DNA from: an uncultured Gemmatimonadales bacterium
GTDB lineage: Bacteria > Gemmatimonadota > Gemmatimonadetes > Gemmatimonadales > GWC2-71-9
Length of the DNA: 64,000 bases
Assembly (NCBI GenBank): GCA_963846435.1
Contig: CAWJVX010000001.1
Coordinates: forward strand, 424,454-488,453
Direction of reading: 5' to 3'
Part shown: positions 37,513 through 46,472 of the stretch, piece by piece
Layout of the letters: each line of letters begins with the position of its first letter
Position numbering within the stretch: position 1 is the first letter of the stretch
Translations under genes and position numbers: made by a program
Notes under the pieces: model-generated
The model's input: the letters and a program-made list of their open reading frames with translations, nothing else
What the model was told of the DNA's origin: nothing
The model's database searches: none

Positions 37513-37991
37513 GCCTGGAATCGCCGGGCCAGCGCGGTGGCCACCACCGGGTGGACCATCGGCCGCACGTCCCCACCGAATCGCGCTACCTCGCGCACCA
37601 GGCTGGAGCTGAGGTAGGTCAGGTCTACCGCAGGGACGAGAAAGACAGTCTCGAGCGACGGATGCAGCTGCCGGTTCATCAGGGCCATCTGAAACTCGTA
37701 CTCGAAGTCGCTCACGGCGCGAAGCCCGCGCACGATGATGCTGGCGCCCACTCTCTTGGCAAACTCCGCCAACAACCCGTCGAACGATTGAAAGGAGACC
37801 CGGGGCTCATCGCCGATGGCGGCCCGCAGCATCTCCAGCCGTTCCTCGACCGAGAACAGCGGCTGCTTTCCGACGTTCACGGCCACCGCAACGATGAGCT
37901 GGTCGGCCAGGGCCAGGCTCCGGCGAACCAGATCCTCGTGGCCCCGGGTCAGCGGATCGAATGAGCCGGGATAGACGGCGATGCGAGTCAT
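37509..37991 (-). CDS. coaD: pantetheine-phosphate adenylyltransferase
   Basis: [30 protein letters not shown] and ISSSLVREV. Confidence 0.95.
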   Translation of the reverse strand: MTRIAVYPGSFDPLTRGHEDLVRRSLALADQLIVAVAVNVGKQPLFSVEERLEMLRAAIGDEPRVSFQSFDGLLAEFAKRVGASIIVRGLRAVSDFEYEFQMALMNRQLHPSLETVFLVPAVDLTYLSSSLVREVARFGGDVRPMVHPVVATALARRFQA

Positions 37992-38500
37992 GGCGCGTGG
38001 CAGAAGGTGATGGCGGTGTCGCCGTAGCGGCGGGTATCGCCGTCGAGCTCGAGGCTGCTAGGATGCTCGACCGAAAGAATGCGCCCGAATGGGTTTCGGC
38101 GGAAGAGCGCCACCAGTCCCGATGCAAGGTCCGGCGTGTAGGGGGGATCGGCCAGCACCAGGTCGAATGCTTCCGGTGTGAGGCGCTCGGCGAAGCGCAT
38201 GGCATCGCCGCGGTGCACCGTACTGGCCGCTTCCGCGCCGAGAGCGCCGATATTCTGATGCAGCGCTTTGAGTGATGGCGGGTTCAGCTCCACGAACGTC
38301 ACCGACTCCGCACCCCTCGACAACGCCTCCAGACCCAGGGCCCCGCTGCCGGCAAAGAGGTCGAGCACCCGGGCGCCGGCCAGCTCCTCACCCAGAATGC
38401 TCATCCAGGCTTCCCGCACCCGGTCGGCTGTCGGACGCACGCGCGAATCCTTCGGCATTACCAACCGGCGTCCGCCGAACTGCCCCGCGACGATTCTCAA
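37988..38500 (-). CDS. rsmD: 16S rRNA (guanine966-N2)-methyltransferase
   Basis: (M)RIVAGQFGGRRL...RPT.DRVREA.F, DLFAGSGALGLEALSRGA and DPPY. TTG at 38500 was chosen as the start. The in-frame ATG at 38548 (MESRFPVFPSFPSFPP) would translate the repeat arm. Confidence 0.8.
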   Translation of the reverse strand: MRIVAGQFGGRRLVMPKDSRVRPTADRVREAWMSILGEELAGARVLDLFAGSGALGLEALSRGAESVTFVELNPPSLKALHQNIGALGAEAASTVHRGDAMRFAERLTPEAFDLVLADPPYTPDLASGLVALFRRNPFGRILSVEHPSSLELDGDTRRYGDTAITFCHAP

Positions 38501-38631
38501 GGGCGGGAAGGACGGGAAGGACGGAAAGACGGGAAAGCGTGACTCCATGGCGAGGAGAACGACAATGTTGGAGCAGGGCAGTACTCCTAGCGAACCTTTC
38601 CGTCCTTCCCATCCTTCCCGTCTTCCGTCTT
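38501..38631. repeat. inverted repeat element (tandem GACGG(G/A)AAG units) filling the recJ-rsmD spacer
   Basis: The left arm 38501..38537 is G/A-rich and the right arm 38596..38631 is C/T-rich. The best pairing is 15/15 (38514..38528 with 38596..38610). The element spans exactly from the recJ TAG to the rsmD TTG. Confidence 0.8.
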
Positions 38632-40329
38632 CTACGTCGAGTGGGGCGACAAGGCGCACAACCTCGCCTGTAGCGTGACCATCCCGTTCCACTCGTTGCA
38701 CTCGATCCGAAAGGCCGCATCCACCAGGTCGTCTCCCAGCCAGGAGACCCGGTCGGACCACTGAAAGCCGATCACCGGGACCCGGCTGCGGCCGTCATCG
38801 AGCACGCCCTTGAGATGTCCGTTGCCCACCGTGCAGCGGTTGGTGAAACGGACGCCCCTGACCCCGAACACCGGTCCCGGGTTCCCCTGGCCACACGGCT
38901 CCAGGTAGCGGCAGAGGCGTTCCAGCTCGTGGGTCACTTCCTCCAGGCCGATCTCAAGATCGACCCGCTGCTCGGGGCCAAGGTCTTCCGGGCCGAGCTT
39001 CTGCCGAGCCACGTCGCCGAACCTCTCGCGGAATTCATCGAGATGGGTCCGATGAATCGTGAGTCCGGCGGCCATCCGGTGACCACCGAACCGCTCCAGC
39101 AGGTCGCCGCAAGAGAGGAGGGCCGCATGGAGGTCGAAACGCGAGGTGCTTCGACCGGAGCCCTTGCCGATGTCGCCATCGAAGGCGATGAGGAAGGTAG
39201 GACGTCCGTAGCGTTCGACCACCCTCGAGGCCACGATGCCGACGACGCCGGGGTGCCAGCCGTCGCCGACGAGCACCAGGCCCGCATCGCGCTCCGGATC
39301 GGCGGTGCGCTCGACCTGTTCCAGCGCTTCGTCCAGCATCCGCTGGTCCAGCGCCTGGCGTTCGACGTTGAGCCCTTCGAGCCGTTGCGCCAGTCCCGCG
39401 GCCTCTGCCGGGTCGTCACTCAACAACAGCCGGAGCCCGTCGGTGGCATCGGCGACCCTCCCCGCAGCGTTGAGTCGGGGACCGAGCACGAAACCCAGGT
39501 GGCGGGCCACGATCTCCTTGCCGGCCAGCCCGGTGGCTTCGACCAGGGCTCGAACTCCCAGCCAACGGCTGTCGGCCAGCAGCTTGAGCCCGTGTCGCAC
39601 CAGGATCCGGTTCTCGCCCTGGAGTGGAACTACGTCCGCCACGGTGGCCAGCGCCACCAGGTCCAGCAGATGGAATGGAAGATTGGCGGGGAGACCGAGC
39701 GCAGGCACCAGCGCCTGAACCAGCTTGAATGCGATTCCGGTTCCGCAGAGGTGATTGGCCCCCGAGCGGTCGTCCGCCCGCTGTGGGTCTACCACCGCCT
39801 GGGCTGGCGGCAACTCCGCCCCGGGCAGATGGTGATCGGTGACTACCACCTCGATGCCCGCCTCCCGGGCGGCGCGAACAGCCTCGACTGCCGTGATGCC
39901 GCAATCACACGTGATGATGAGTGAGGCACCGGCGGACCGGGCCGCCTCGAGGCCGGCAGGCCCGAAGTCGTAACCATCCCGGAGACGGTGGGGCAGGAAG
40001 GGCAGCACATCGGCACCGGCCAGACGCAAGGCGCGGGTGAGGAGTGTCGAGGAGCACTGGCCGTCGACATCGTAGTCACCATGGACCAGAATGCGGCCGC
40101 CGGCGCGGACAGTGCCGGCGATGGTCTCCACCGCCTCAGCCATGCCGGCCAGCGCGTGCGGGTCGGATAGCTCGTCCAGGGACGGCCGGAGGAAACGGCG
40201 CGCCGCCTCCTCCGACCCGTGGCCTCGCTGCACCAGGAGGGCGGCAAGCGCGGGCGGAAGCCGGAGAGCGGCAGCCAACGCCTTCACCTGTGCGGGATCC
40301 GGCTCCGGCATGACCGCCCAGCGAAGCAT
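38632..40329 (-). CDS. recJ: single-stranded-DNA-specific exonuclease RecJ
   Basis: DHH motifs are present (ILVHGDYDVDG, TDHH, and DHHA1 GGHRMAAG). The start is uncertain: ATG 40329 or 40311. The track start 40515 overlaps the upstream gene. Confidence 0.9.
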   Translation of the reverse strand: MLRWAVMPEPDPAQVKALAAALRLPPALAALLVQRGHGSEEAARRFLRPSLDELSDPHALAGMAEAVETIAGTVRAGGRILVHGDYDVDGQCSSTLLTRALRLAGADVLPFLPHRLRDGYDFGPAGLEAARSAGASLIITCDCGITAVEAVRAAREAGIEVVVTDHHLPGAELPPAQAVVDPQRADDRSGANHLCGTGIAFKLVQALVPALGLPANLPFHLLDLVALATVADVVPLQGENRILVRHGLKLLADSRWLGVRALVEATGLAGKEIVARHLGFVLGPRLNAAGRVADATDGLRLLLSDDPAEAAGLAQRLEGLNVERQALDQRMLDEALEQVERTADPERDAGLVLVGDGWHPGVVGIVASRVVERYGRPTFLIAFDGDIGKGSGRSTSRFDLHAALLSCGDLLERFGGHRMAAGLTIHRTHLDEFRERFGDVARQKLGPEDLGPEQRVDLEIGLEEVTHELERLCRYLEPCGQGNPGPVFGVRGVRFTNRCTVGNGHLKGVLDDGRSRVPVIGFQWSDRVSWLGDDLVDAAFRIECNEWNGMVTLQARLCALSPHST

Positions 40330-40378
40330 GGGGGCGGGAAAAACGCTCACCATGAGAGAGTAGCCCGGAGGGAGAGCA

Positions 40379-41098
40379 TCATGCCGACCCGGCCGCCTCG
40401 TTTGGGTACAGAATCGCTCCGCAGGCCTCGCACGCGTCGACCACCTGTCCGGCTCGGATCTGGCCTCTGCGGTTGAGCGGCACCGCGGTGTGGCAGCCGC
40501 CGCAGGTGCCGCCAACCAGGGGCACGATCACATCATTTGAGCGGCTGCGCCGTAGGCGGTCGTAGCGGTTGCGGATCGTCTTGTCGAGCTGGGCTGCACT
40601 GGCTTCGCGCACGCCCAACGCGGCATCCCGCTCGGCTTCCAGCGCGGCCCGACGCTCCGCCACCTTCGCGCGTTCGGGAGCCTGCTCGGCCTCGACTGCC
40701 TCGAGACTCCGCTCCGCATCCTTCACCTTGACCTCCAGCTGAACCACCGCGTCGGCACTCCGCACCCAGTCGTTCTCCTCCTTGGCCATAACCGACTGCG
40801 CCAGGTCCAGCTCGGTCATCAGGGTCGAGGCGTCCTTCGGGTTCCGCACCTGTTCCAGCCTCAGGCGCCGCCGGTCCTGCAGTATCCGGTAACTTTCGAT
40901 TTTGGTCTCCAGCTCGTCGCGGCGACGCTGCCCGTCGGCGGCGGTTTGCCGGGCCTTCTGGAGCAGATCACGAGCGCCTTGGAGAGCCTGATCCAAGCCG
41001 GCCGTCTCCCCGTTCAAGTCAACCAACCGCTGTTCACATGCAGCCACCTTTGCATCCTTCGCTTGAAGATCGATCAGTTTCACTAGGTCAGGGTGCAT
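40379..41098 (-). CDS. C4-type zinc-ribbon coiled-coil protein (DUF164/COG1579)
   Basis: A long coiled coil is followed by CGGCH...CEACGAILY. Confidence 0.7.
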   Translation of the reverse strand: MHPDLVKLIDLQAKDAKVAACEQRLVDLNGETAGLDQALQGARDLLQKARQTAADGQRRRDELETKIESYRILQDRRRLRLEQVRNPKDASTLMTELDLAQSVMAKEENDWVRSADAVVQLEVKVKDAERSLEAVEAEQAPERAKVAERRAALEAERDAALGVREASAAQLDKTIRNRYDRLRRSRSNDVIVPLVGGTCGGCHTAVPLNRRGQIRAGQVVDACEACGAILYPNEAAGSA

Positions 41099-42892
41099 TC
41101 ATGCTCCTCGGGAACGATTCGCAGTGCGGGTGGCCCTCGCCGCCGCCTTCTGGTACGCGTACCAGTCGTCCGCGGCGGGATACTGAGTCCTTAACGCCGC
41201 TCGCTGCTTTTGCTTTTCGCCGGGATCGGTGAGTGCGTCCATCTCACGGTAATGGGAGCGGGCCCTCAGAATCTGTGCAGCGCTGTCGTAGAGCGAGGAT
41301 ACTTCCTGGTTGCTCAGCTCCTCAGCGGATTCCTTCACGTATGACCATGCCGCGGCGGCGTTCTCGGTCAGGCCCTCCGGCAATTGACCAGCCGCCGCAT
41401 CACTCCGGATCAGGGTCTCGAAGATCTCCCGCAGCCGGGGATTTTCGAGAAGCAAGGGGGCGATGTCCTCCTTGGCACGGGCGATCAGTTCCGGCGCGGC
41501 CAGCATTGCAGCTAACAGGCGTGTCTCCGGATTACGCCGACCGCGGGGACGCTTCGTTGCCTGGTCTTGAGGGCGACTACGCCGTGGATCGGTATCAGGA
41601 CCACTGCCCTGCCCCCTGCCTTCCCGCAGCTCCTGCTCGAGCACCTCCTTGCTGACGCCGGCGCGTTCCGCGGTGAGCGAAAGATACAACTCACGGGTAA
41701 TCGGATCCGCGGCCGCGCGGATCGTGGGCAATAGTCGGTCGAGCGCTTCGCGCCGGTGCTCGACACCCTCGAAGTAGCCCTTCCGCTCCAGCATCTGGAT
41801 CTTCCGCTCGAGCAGGTCGATCGCGTCCCCCAGCACGCCGTCGAGCGCGGCGACCCCTCCCCTTTTCACCAGCGTGTCGGGATCTTCGCCCGGTGGCAGC
41901 GTGGCCACCCGAACCCGGATGGCGTGACGCAGGAGCTCGTCCCCGGCGCGAAAGGTGGCGCGAAGCCCGGGTAGATCGCTGTCATACAGGATGGTAGCGG
42001 CGGGGGCAAAGCGCTTGAGCAACGTGGCCTGATCCGGCGTGAGCGCCGTGCCCAGCGGCGCGATCACGTGCTCCACTCCTACGAGCGAGAGCCGGATCAC
42101 GTCGAAGTATCCCTCGACCAGGAGCACCGACTCCTCTTTTCGAATCGCTCCCTTGGCCTGGTGCAGATTGTAGAGCTGCTTCCCCTTGTGAAAGATGTCG
42201 GTCTCGGGTGAGTTGAGGTACTTCGGCTCGCCGGGCCCGAGCAGCCTTCCTCCCAACCCGACGACCCGTCCCCGCAGGTCGTGGATGGGAAACAGGAGCC
42301 GGCCCCGGAACCGCGGTATCACTGAGCCGTCTTCGCGCTGCGCCGCCAGCCCTGCCTGGAGCAGGACGGACTCGGCGATTCCGAGATCGGCCATGGCCTT
42401 GAGAAACGTCTTGCCCGCGGGGGCAAAGCCTAGACCCAGCATGGCGCCGGTATCCAGCGGGATGTCCCGGCCCTCGAGGTACTCCCGAGCGGTCCCGGCC
42501 TCGGGCTGTTCCAGCAGCTGACGGGCAAACCAATCGTGGGCCACCGCCACGGCACTATAGAGTGGCTCGTGCGGGTCGGGGCCGGCGCGCTCCGGGCGCT
42601 CCGGAATCACGATCCCCGTCCGCCGGGCCGCCTCGCGAACGGCGGTGGGATAGTCCATGCCAAGCCGTTTCATGAACCAGGAGAAGACGTCTCCCGACTC
42701 ATGGCACACGAAGCAGTAGTAGCGGCCCTTCTTCGGAATGACGGCGAAGTTCCGATTGGTGCCGCCGTGGAACGGGCAGGGGCCGCGATAGTCTGAGCCG
42801 GTGCGCTTGAGCGCCACCGACTCTCCGATCAGCCCGACAATGTCGGTGCTGTCGCGGACCTGCTCGATGGTCTCGTCGGGGATCATGCTCAT
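41099..42892 (-). CDS. dnaG: DNA primase
   Basis: Zinc finger CPFHGGTNRNFAV....YYCFVCHESGD, followed by a TOPRIM region (LVEGYFDV). Confidence 0.95.
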   Translation of the reverse strand: MSMIPDETIEQVRDSTDIVGLIGESVALKRTGSDYRGPCPFHGGTNRNFAVIPKKGRYYCFVCHESGDVFSWFMKRLGMDYPTAVREAARRTGIVIPERPERAGPDPHEPLYSAVAVAHDWFARQLLEQPEAGTAREYLEGRDIPLDTGAMLGLGFAPAGKTFLKAMADLGIAESVLLQAGLAAQREDGSVIPRFRGRLLFPIHDLRGRVVGLGGRLLGPGEPKYLNSPETDIFHKGKQLYNLHQAKGAIRKEESVLLVEGYFDVIRLSLVGVEHVIAPLGTALTPDQATLLKRFAPAATILYDSDLPGLRATFRAGDELLRHAIRVRVATLPPGEDPDTLVKRGGVAALDGVLGDAIDLLERKIQMLERKGYFEGVEHRREALDRLLPTIRAAADPITRELYLSLTAERAGVSKEVLEQELREGRGQGSGPDTDPRRSRPQDQATKRPRGRRNPETRLLAAMLAAPELIARAKEDIAPLLLENPRLREIFETLIRSDAAAGQLPEGLTENAAAAWSYVKESAEELSNQEVSSLYDSAAQILRARSHYREMDALTDPGEKQKQRAALRTQYPAADDWYAYQKAAARATRTANRSRGA

Positions 42893-45339
42893 GCGGAAAA
42901 CTCGACGATGGTCACGCCAGTACCACCCTGGTTGCGGGGCGCGAAAGCGTAACGCAACACCCGGCCGTCCTTGGAGACCACCCGCTGCACTCTTTCCCGA
43001 ACCACACCGGTACCCATGCCATGAATGATGCGCAGATAGGGATGCTCCGATAGCACTGCAGCGTCCACCGCTGCCAACGTCGCCATCTCCGCCTCCTCGC
43101 CAGTCATGCCCCGGAGGTCGATCTCGAGGGGGGATGGAGAAGACGGAGAGGACGGATGGACGGGCGGACGGACGGACGGAGCAGCCGCACTGAGCGCTGT
43201 TGGCTCAACTACCATGCGTACGGCTCCAGAGCCTACCACCAACTTTCCGTCTGAGCGAACCTCCAGGACTTGACCGGTAGGACCTCCCGTCACCTTAACG
43301 CGGTCGCCAGGTTGAAAACCGCCCGGCTGTCCATCTGTCCGCCCGTCCGTCCTCTCCGTCCTCTCGGCCTTTTCTAACGCCTCCCCCTCCGTCCGAATGG
43401 CATCTTCAACCAGCCTTCTGGCTTCGCGCGCCGCAGCCTCGTCTGCCGCGCCACGGGCGGCGGCCAGCGCCTCCTCCACCCGCTGTCGAGCCTCGAGCAG
43501 GTAGGTGCGGGCCTGCTGCCGGCCCTGGCGCTCCGCTTCCTTTTCCCGCCGCTTGAGCTCCGCTTCTCGGACGGTCTGAGATTCATTCTGTAGCGCAAGG
43601 CGGGCCGACAGGGAGTCGAGGTCCACCGCGCGCTCCGCCAGTGTGCCCTGTGCGATCTGAAGCTCGCGCTCCCGCTCCTCCACCGCGGCGAGCAGGGCAT
43701 CCAGGCTGCGTTCGGCAGCGGGGACCCGCGCTTCGGCATCGGTCAGAATTCCCGGGTCCACACCCAGCCGTCGAGCGATGGCGAGCCCGTACGAGCGTCC
43801 CGGAATGCCCTTCAAGAAACGGTAAGTGGGAGTGAGAGTTACGCCGTCGAATTGAAGTGATGCATTAACGATTCCCGCGGTATGGCTGGCCAGATCCTTG
43901 AGCGATCCCAGGTGTGTCGTCGCCAGGGACACGGTTCCCCTTTGGGTCAATGAGACCAGGGACGCTCCGGCCAGCGCCGCGCCTTCCGCGGGATCGGTTC
44001 CGCTTCCGATCTCATCCAGCAACACAAGGGTGGCATCGTCCGCCTCCTCCAGCATCCGGCGGAGCATGCGCACATGGGCACTGAACGTAGACAAGCTGGC
44101 GGCGATGGATTGTCGGTCGCCGATGTCGGCGTAGAACCGGCGAAAGATTGGAAGCTGGCTGCCGGGACCGACCGGTGGAATGATACCGCTTCCTGCCAGG
44201 GCCGCCGCGAGACCAACGGCTTTGAGCAAGACGGTCTTGCCGCCCGTGTTCGGTCCGCTGATGAGCAGCGTGCGCTCCTGCTCCTCCAGATCCAGATCGA
44301 ACGGGATCACCGGCGCCGAGCCGGCGAGCAACAGGGGGTGGCGGCCATTCACGATCCTGAGGGCAGCCGGTGCGGCCGCCACGCCCGGGACCTCGCCGTT
44401 GGTCGCCACCGCATAGCGCGCGCGGGCGACGAGGTCGTCCACCGCGACGCACATCTCGACGGCATTCCGCACCAGCGGCAACTCCGGCCGCAGGAGGTCG
44501 GTGAGCTCGCGGAGGACCCGCAGCGTCTCCCTCTCCTCTTCGACCTGCGCCTCGCGCAGCGCGTTGCCCAGCTCGATCGCGTCTGAGGGCTCGATGAAGA
44601 GGGTCCCGGCGCTCCCCGATTCGTCATGGATGATTCCCGGTGGCCGGCTCCGGGAATCTCGCCGCACCGGAATCACGTACCGTCCCGCGCGCAGGGTGAC
44701 CGACGCGTCCGAAGGCGCCGTCCCCGCGTCCAGCCCCCGGAGCAGCGTGTCGAGGCGGCGGAGCAGACGCTGCCTGGCGGCCTGTACTTCGCGCCGCGCG
44801 GCGGCCAGCCGGGGACTGGCGGTGTCCAGCAGGTTGCCATCGGGATCCAGGGAGAGCTCCAGCCGGCGCTCGATCGCCTTATCCGGCAGCGAGCGAGCGA
44901 GACCGCCGGCCAGTGGGGCCGTGTCCGCCACCCTCCTCAGATCCGCGTGGACCAGGCGCGCGGCGGCCAGCACGCGCTGCAGCCCGGCAAGCTCCACTCC
45001 TTCGAGGACGCTGCCCTCGATTCTGAGCCGCGCCACCGCTCGGGTGACGTCGGGGATAGGCTCGGCCAGGAGGCTATCGCCCCGGCGGAAGAGGCCCGCC
45101 ACTTGTCCCACGCGGGCCAGCTCCTCCTGGATCCACTCGACGTCGTCAGTCGGCCAGCGATCCCGGACCCGTGCGGCGCCGAGGGGGCCCACCGCGTGGC
45201 CGGCCACCTGCTCGAGCACGGCGGCGAACTCGATGGTGTCGAGCGCGTCGGCGCTCTGCTCCGCCGGCAACGGCAACGGGGTGCCGCCCTGTGTGTGGGC
45301 CGGCACCCCGGGATGAGTCTGCGGTTCCACCTGCGGCAT
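42889..45339 (-). CDS. mutS2: endonuclease MutS2
   Basis: Walker A GPNTGGKTV, DEIGSGTDP, a KOW-like PGDRVKV segment and a C-terminal Smr domain (IDLRGMTGEEA...IIHGMGTGV). Confidence 0.95.
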   Translation of the reverse strand: MPQVEPQTHPGVPAHTQGGTPLPLPAEQSADALDTIEFAAVLEQVAGHAVGPLGAARVRDRWPTDDVEWIQEELARVGQVAGLFRRGDSLLAEPIPDVTRAVARLRIEGSVLEGVELAGLQRVLAAARLVHADLRRVADTAPLAGGLARSLPDKAIERRLELSLDPDGNLLDTASPRLAAARREVQAARQRLLRRLDTLLRGLDAGTAPSDASVTLRAGRYVIPVRRDSRSRPPGIIHDESGSAGTLFIEPSDAIELGNALREAQVEEERETLRVLRELTDLLRPELPLVRNAVEMCVAVDDLVARARYAVATNGEVPGVAAAPAALRIVNGRHPLLLAGSAPVIPFDLDLEEQERTLLISGPNTGGKTVLLKAVGLAAALAGSGIIPPVGPGSQLPIFRRFYADIGDRQSIAASLSTFSAHVRMLRRMLEEADDATLVLLDEIGSGTDPAEGAALAGASLVSLTQRGTVSLATTHLGSLKDLASHTAGIVNASLQFDGVTLTPTYRFLKGIPGRSYGLAIARRLGVDPGILTDAEARVPAAERSLDALLAAVEERERELQIAQGTLAERAVDLDSLSARLALQNESQTVREAELKRREKEAERQGRQQARTYLLEARQRVEEALAAARGAADEAAAREARRLVEDAIRTEGEALEKAERTERTDGRTDGQPGGFQPGDRVKVTGGPTGQVLEVRSDGKLVVGSGAVRMVVEPTALSAAAPSVRPPVHPSSPSSPSPLEIDLRGMTGEEAEMATLAAVDAAVLSEHPYLRIIHGMGTGVVRERVQRVVSKDGRVLRYAFAPRNQGGTGVTIVEFSA
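43137..43365. repeat. inverted repeat of the GACGG family inside the mutS2 coding sequence
   Basis: 43137..43156 matches the reverse complement of 43346..43365 at 19/20. After a 4-nt indel, 43161..43169 matches 43337..43345 at 9/9. The arms encode ERTERTDGRTDG and PSVRPPVHPSSPSSPSP, flanking the KOW-like segment. Confidence 0.75.
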
Positions 45340-45788
45340 CAGCCGGCCTGGAGCTCCTCGCGCACGATCTGGTTGATCACCTTTCCATCCGCCTTGCCCT
45401 TGTAGCGGGGCAGCACCTGGGCCATGACTTTTCCGATATCCTTGGCACCGCCGGCGATGGCTTGCCGCACTGCGACCCGAATCTCCTCGGGATCCACCGC
45501 CGGCGGCAGAAACTCCTCAAGCACCTTGATCTGGGCAGACTCCGCCTCGGCAAGCTCCGGCCTGGACCCCGTGGTGTACTGCTCTACCGCCTCCCGCCTG
45601 ATCTTGATGCCCTTGCGCAGCACGTCCACCACCTCGTCGTCTGAGGCGGGGCGTCGCAGTTCGATCTCTCGATTCTTGAGGTTGGCGAGGATCGTGCCGA
45701 GAACGAGGGTGCGTTCTTTATCCTGCGCCTTGCGGGCGGCGTTGAGCGCGGTCCGCAAGGTGGCGGTCAGGCTAGACTCTGGGGACAC
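45339..45788 (-). CDS. GatB/YqeY domain-containing protein
   Basis: [33 protein letters not shown]...[16 protein letters not shown]. The start is uncertain (GTG 45788 or a TTG slightly downstream); the track start overlaps rpsU. Confidence 0.7.
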   Translation of the reverse strand: MSPESSLTATLRTALNAARKAQDKERTLVLGTILANLKNREIELRRPASDDEVVDVLRKGIKIRREAVEQYTTGSRPELAEAESAQIKVLEEFLPPAVDPEEIRVAVRQAIAGGAKDIGKVMAQVLPRYKGKADGKVINQIVREELQAG

Positions 45789-45969
45789 GCGGACCCCGCC
45801 GGGTTTTGCGGACCGCAGCACTCATTTTGCGCTTCCGCTTTTCGCTCGGCTTTTCGAAGTGACGGTGCTTGCGAAGGTCCGACAGGATACCGGCCTTCTC
45901 GCACTTTTTCTTGAACCGTCTGAGCGCCCGCTCGAAGCTCTCGTCATCATGAACGATGACCTCTGGCAT
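45772..45969 (-). CDS. rpsU: 30S ribosomal protein S21
   Basis: ATG at 45969 gives [48 protein letters not shown]. Confidence 0.9.
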   Translation of the reverse strand: MPEVIVHDDESFERALRRFKKKCEKAGILSDLRKHRHFEKPSEKRKRKMSAAVRKTRRGPRVPRV

Positions 45970-46038
45970 TCGCTTACTCACCCCTCTCGGCCCGGTAAGG
46001 GCGGCTATCAAACAAGTTGAAAACTTATTCGGGAGAGA

Positions 46039-46124
46039 GTTGGGGGGCAAGAATCGGCCTCGAGATCCTTCGCTGTGCTCAGCATGACATCGTCGCCACT
46101 CTCCCGTCCTTCCTGTCCTTCCCG
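46039..46124. repeat. composite intergenic repeat (GACGG-type arm plus GTCATGCTGAGC..GAAGGATCTC motif plus GGGGGGCAAGA motif)
   Basis: The C/T-rich arm 46099..46124 abuts the HIT-gene TAG. 46061..46087 is the reverse complement of GTCATGCTGAGCACAGCGAAGGATCTC. TGGGGGGCAAGA (46040..46051) recurs at 62353..62364. Confidence 0.6.
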
Positions 46125-46472
46125 CTAACCCGGGGGCCACGTCATCTTTCGCCCGCCGAGCAGGTGCAGATGCAGGTGATCCACGCTCTGACCGGCATTG
46201 CGGCCGGTATTGGTCACAATCCGATAGCCCTCTCGGTCCAACCCCTCCTCGCTCGCTACCGTGGCAGCAAAAGCCAACAGCTTGCCGAGCAGGCGCTCGC
46301 CATCGCCTCCCTTCGCGTCTCGCACGGCCGCGATGTGCCGGGTTGGGATCACCAGCACATGGACTGGGGCCTTCGCATCGATGTCTCGGAAGGCCAGGGC
46401 ATCATCCGAGCGTTTGACGATCTTCGCGGGAATGTCGCCCGCTACGATCTTGCAGAAGAGACAGTCAGCCAT
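46125..46472 (-). CDS. HIT family protein
   Basis: [16 protein letters not shown]... and the histidine triad HLHLHLLGG. Confidence 0.85.
   Translation of the reverse strand: MADCLFCKIVAGDIPAKIVKRSDDALAFRDIDAKAPVHVLVIPTRHIAAVRDAKGGDGERLLGKLLAFAATVASEEGLDREGYRIVTNTGRNAGQSVDHLHLHLLGGRKMTWPPG

Noticed and set aside
38501-38631. The short tandem GACGG(G/A)AAG repeats (also at 32.6, 43.2 and 46.1 kb) as a CRISPR array.
   Set aside because: The units are about 9-10 nt, directly abutting with no spacers, arranged as inverted arms, and no cas genes are nearby. They are not CRISPR.
43161-43180. The (GGAC)n tetranucleotide run inside mutS2 as a slipped-strand phase-variation switch.
   Set aside because: There are only about 3.5 units, embedded in the larger repeat arm. 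That is too short for appreciable slippage, and no evidence of length heterogeneity is available.
42889-45339. The IR-bounded segment of mutS2 as an intein or intron.
   Set aside because: The bounded segment encodes the conserved KOW-like MutS2 region and is in frame. No intein splice-junction residues or homing-endonuclease motifs, and no group I/II intron structures, are recognisable.
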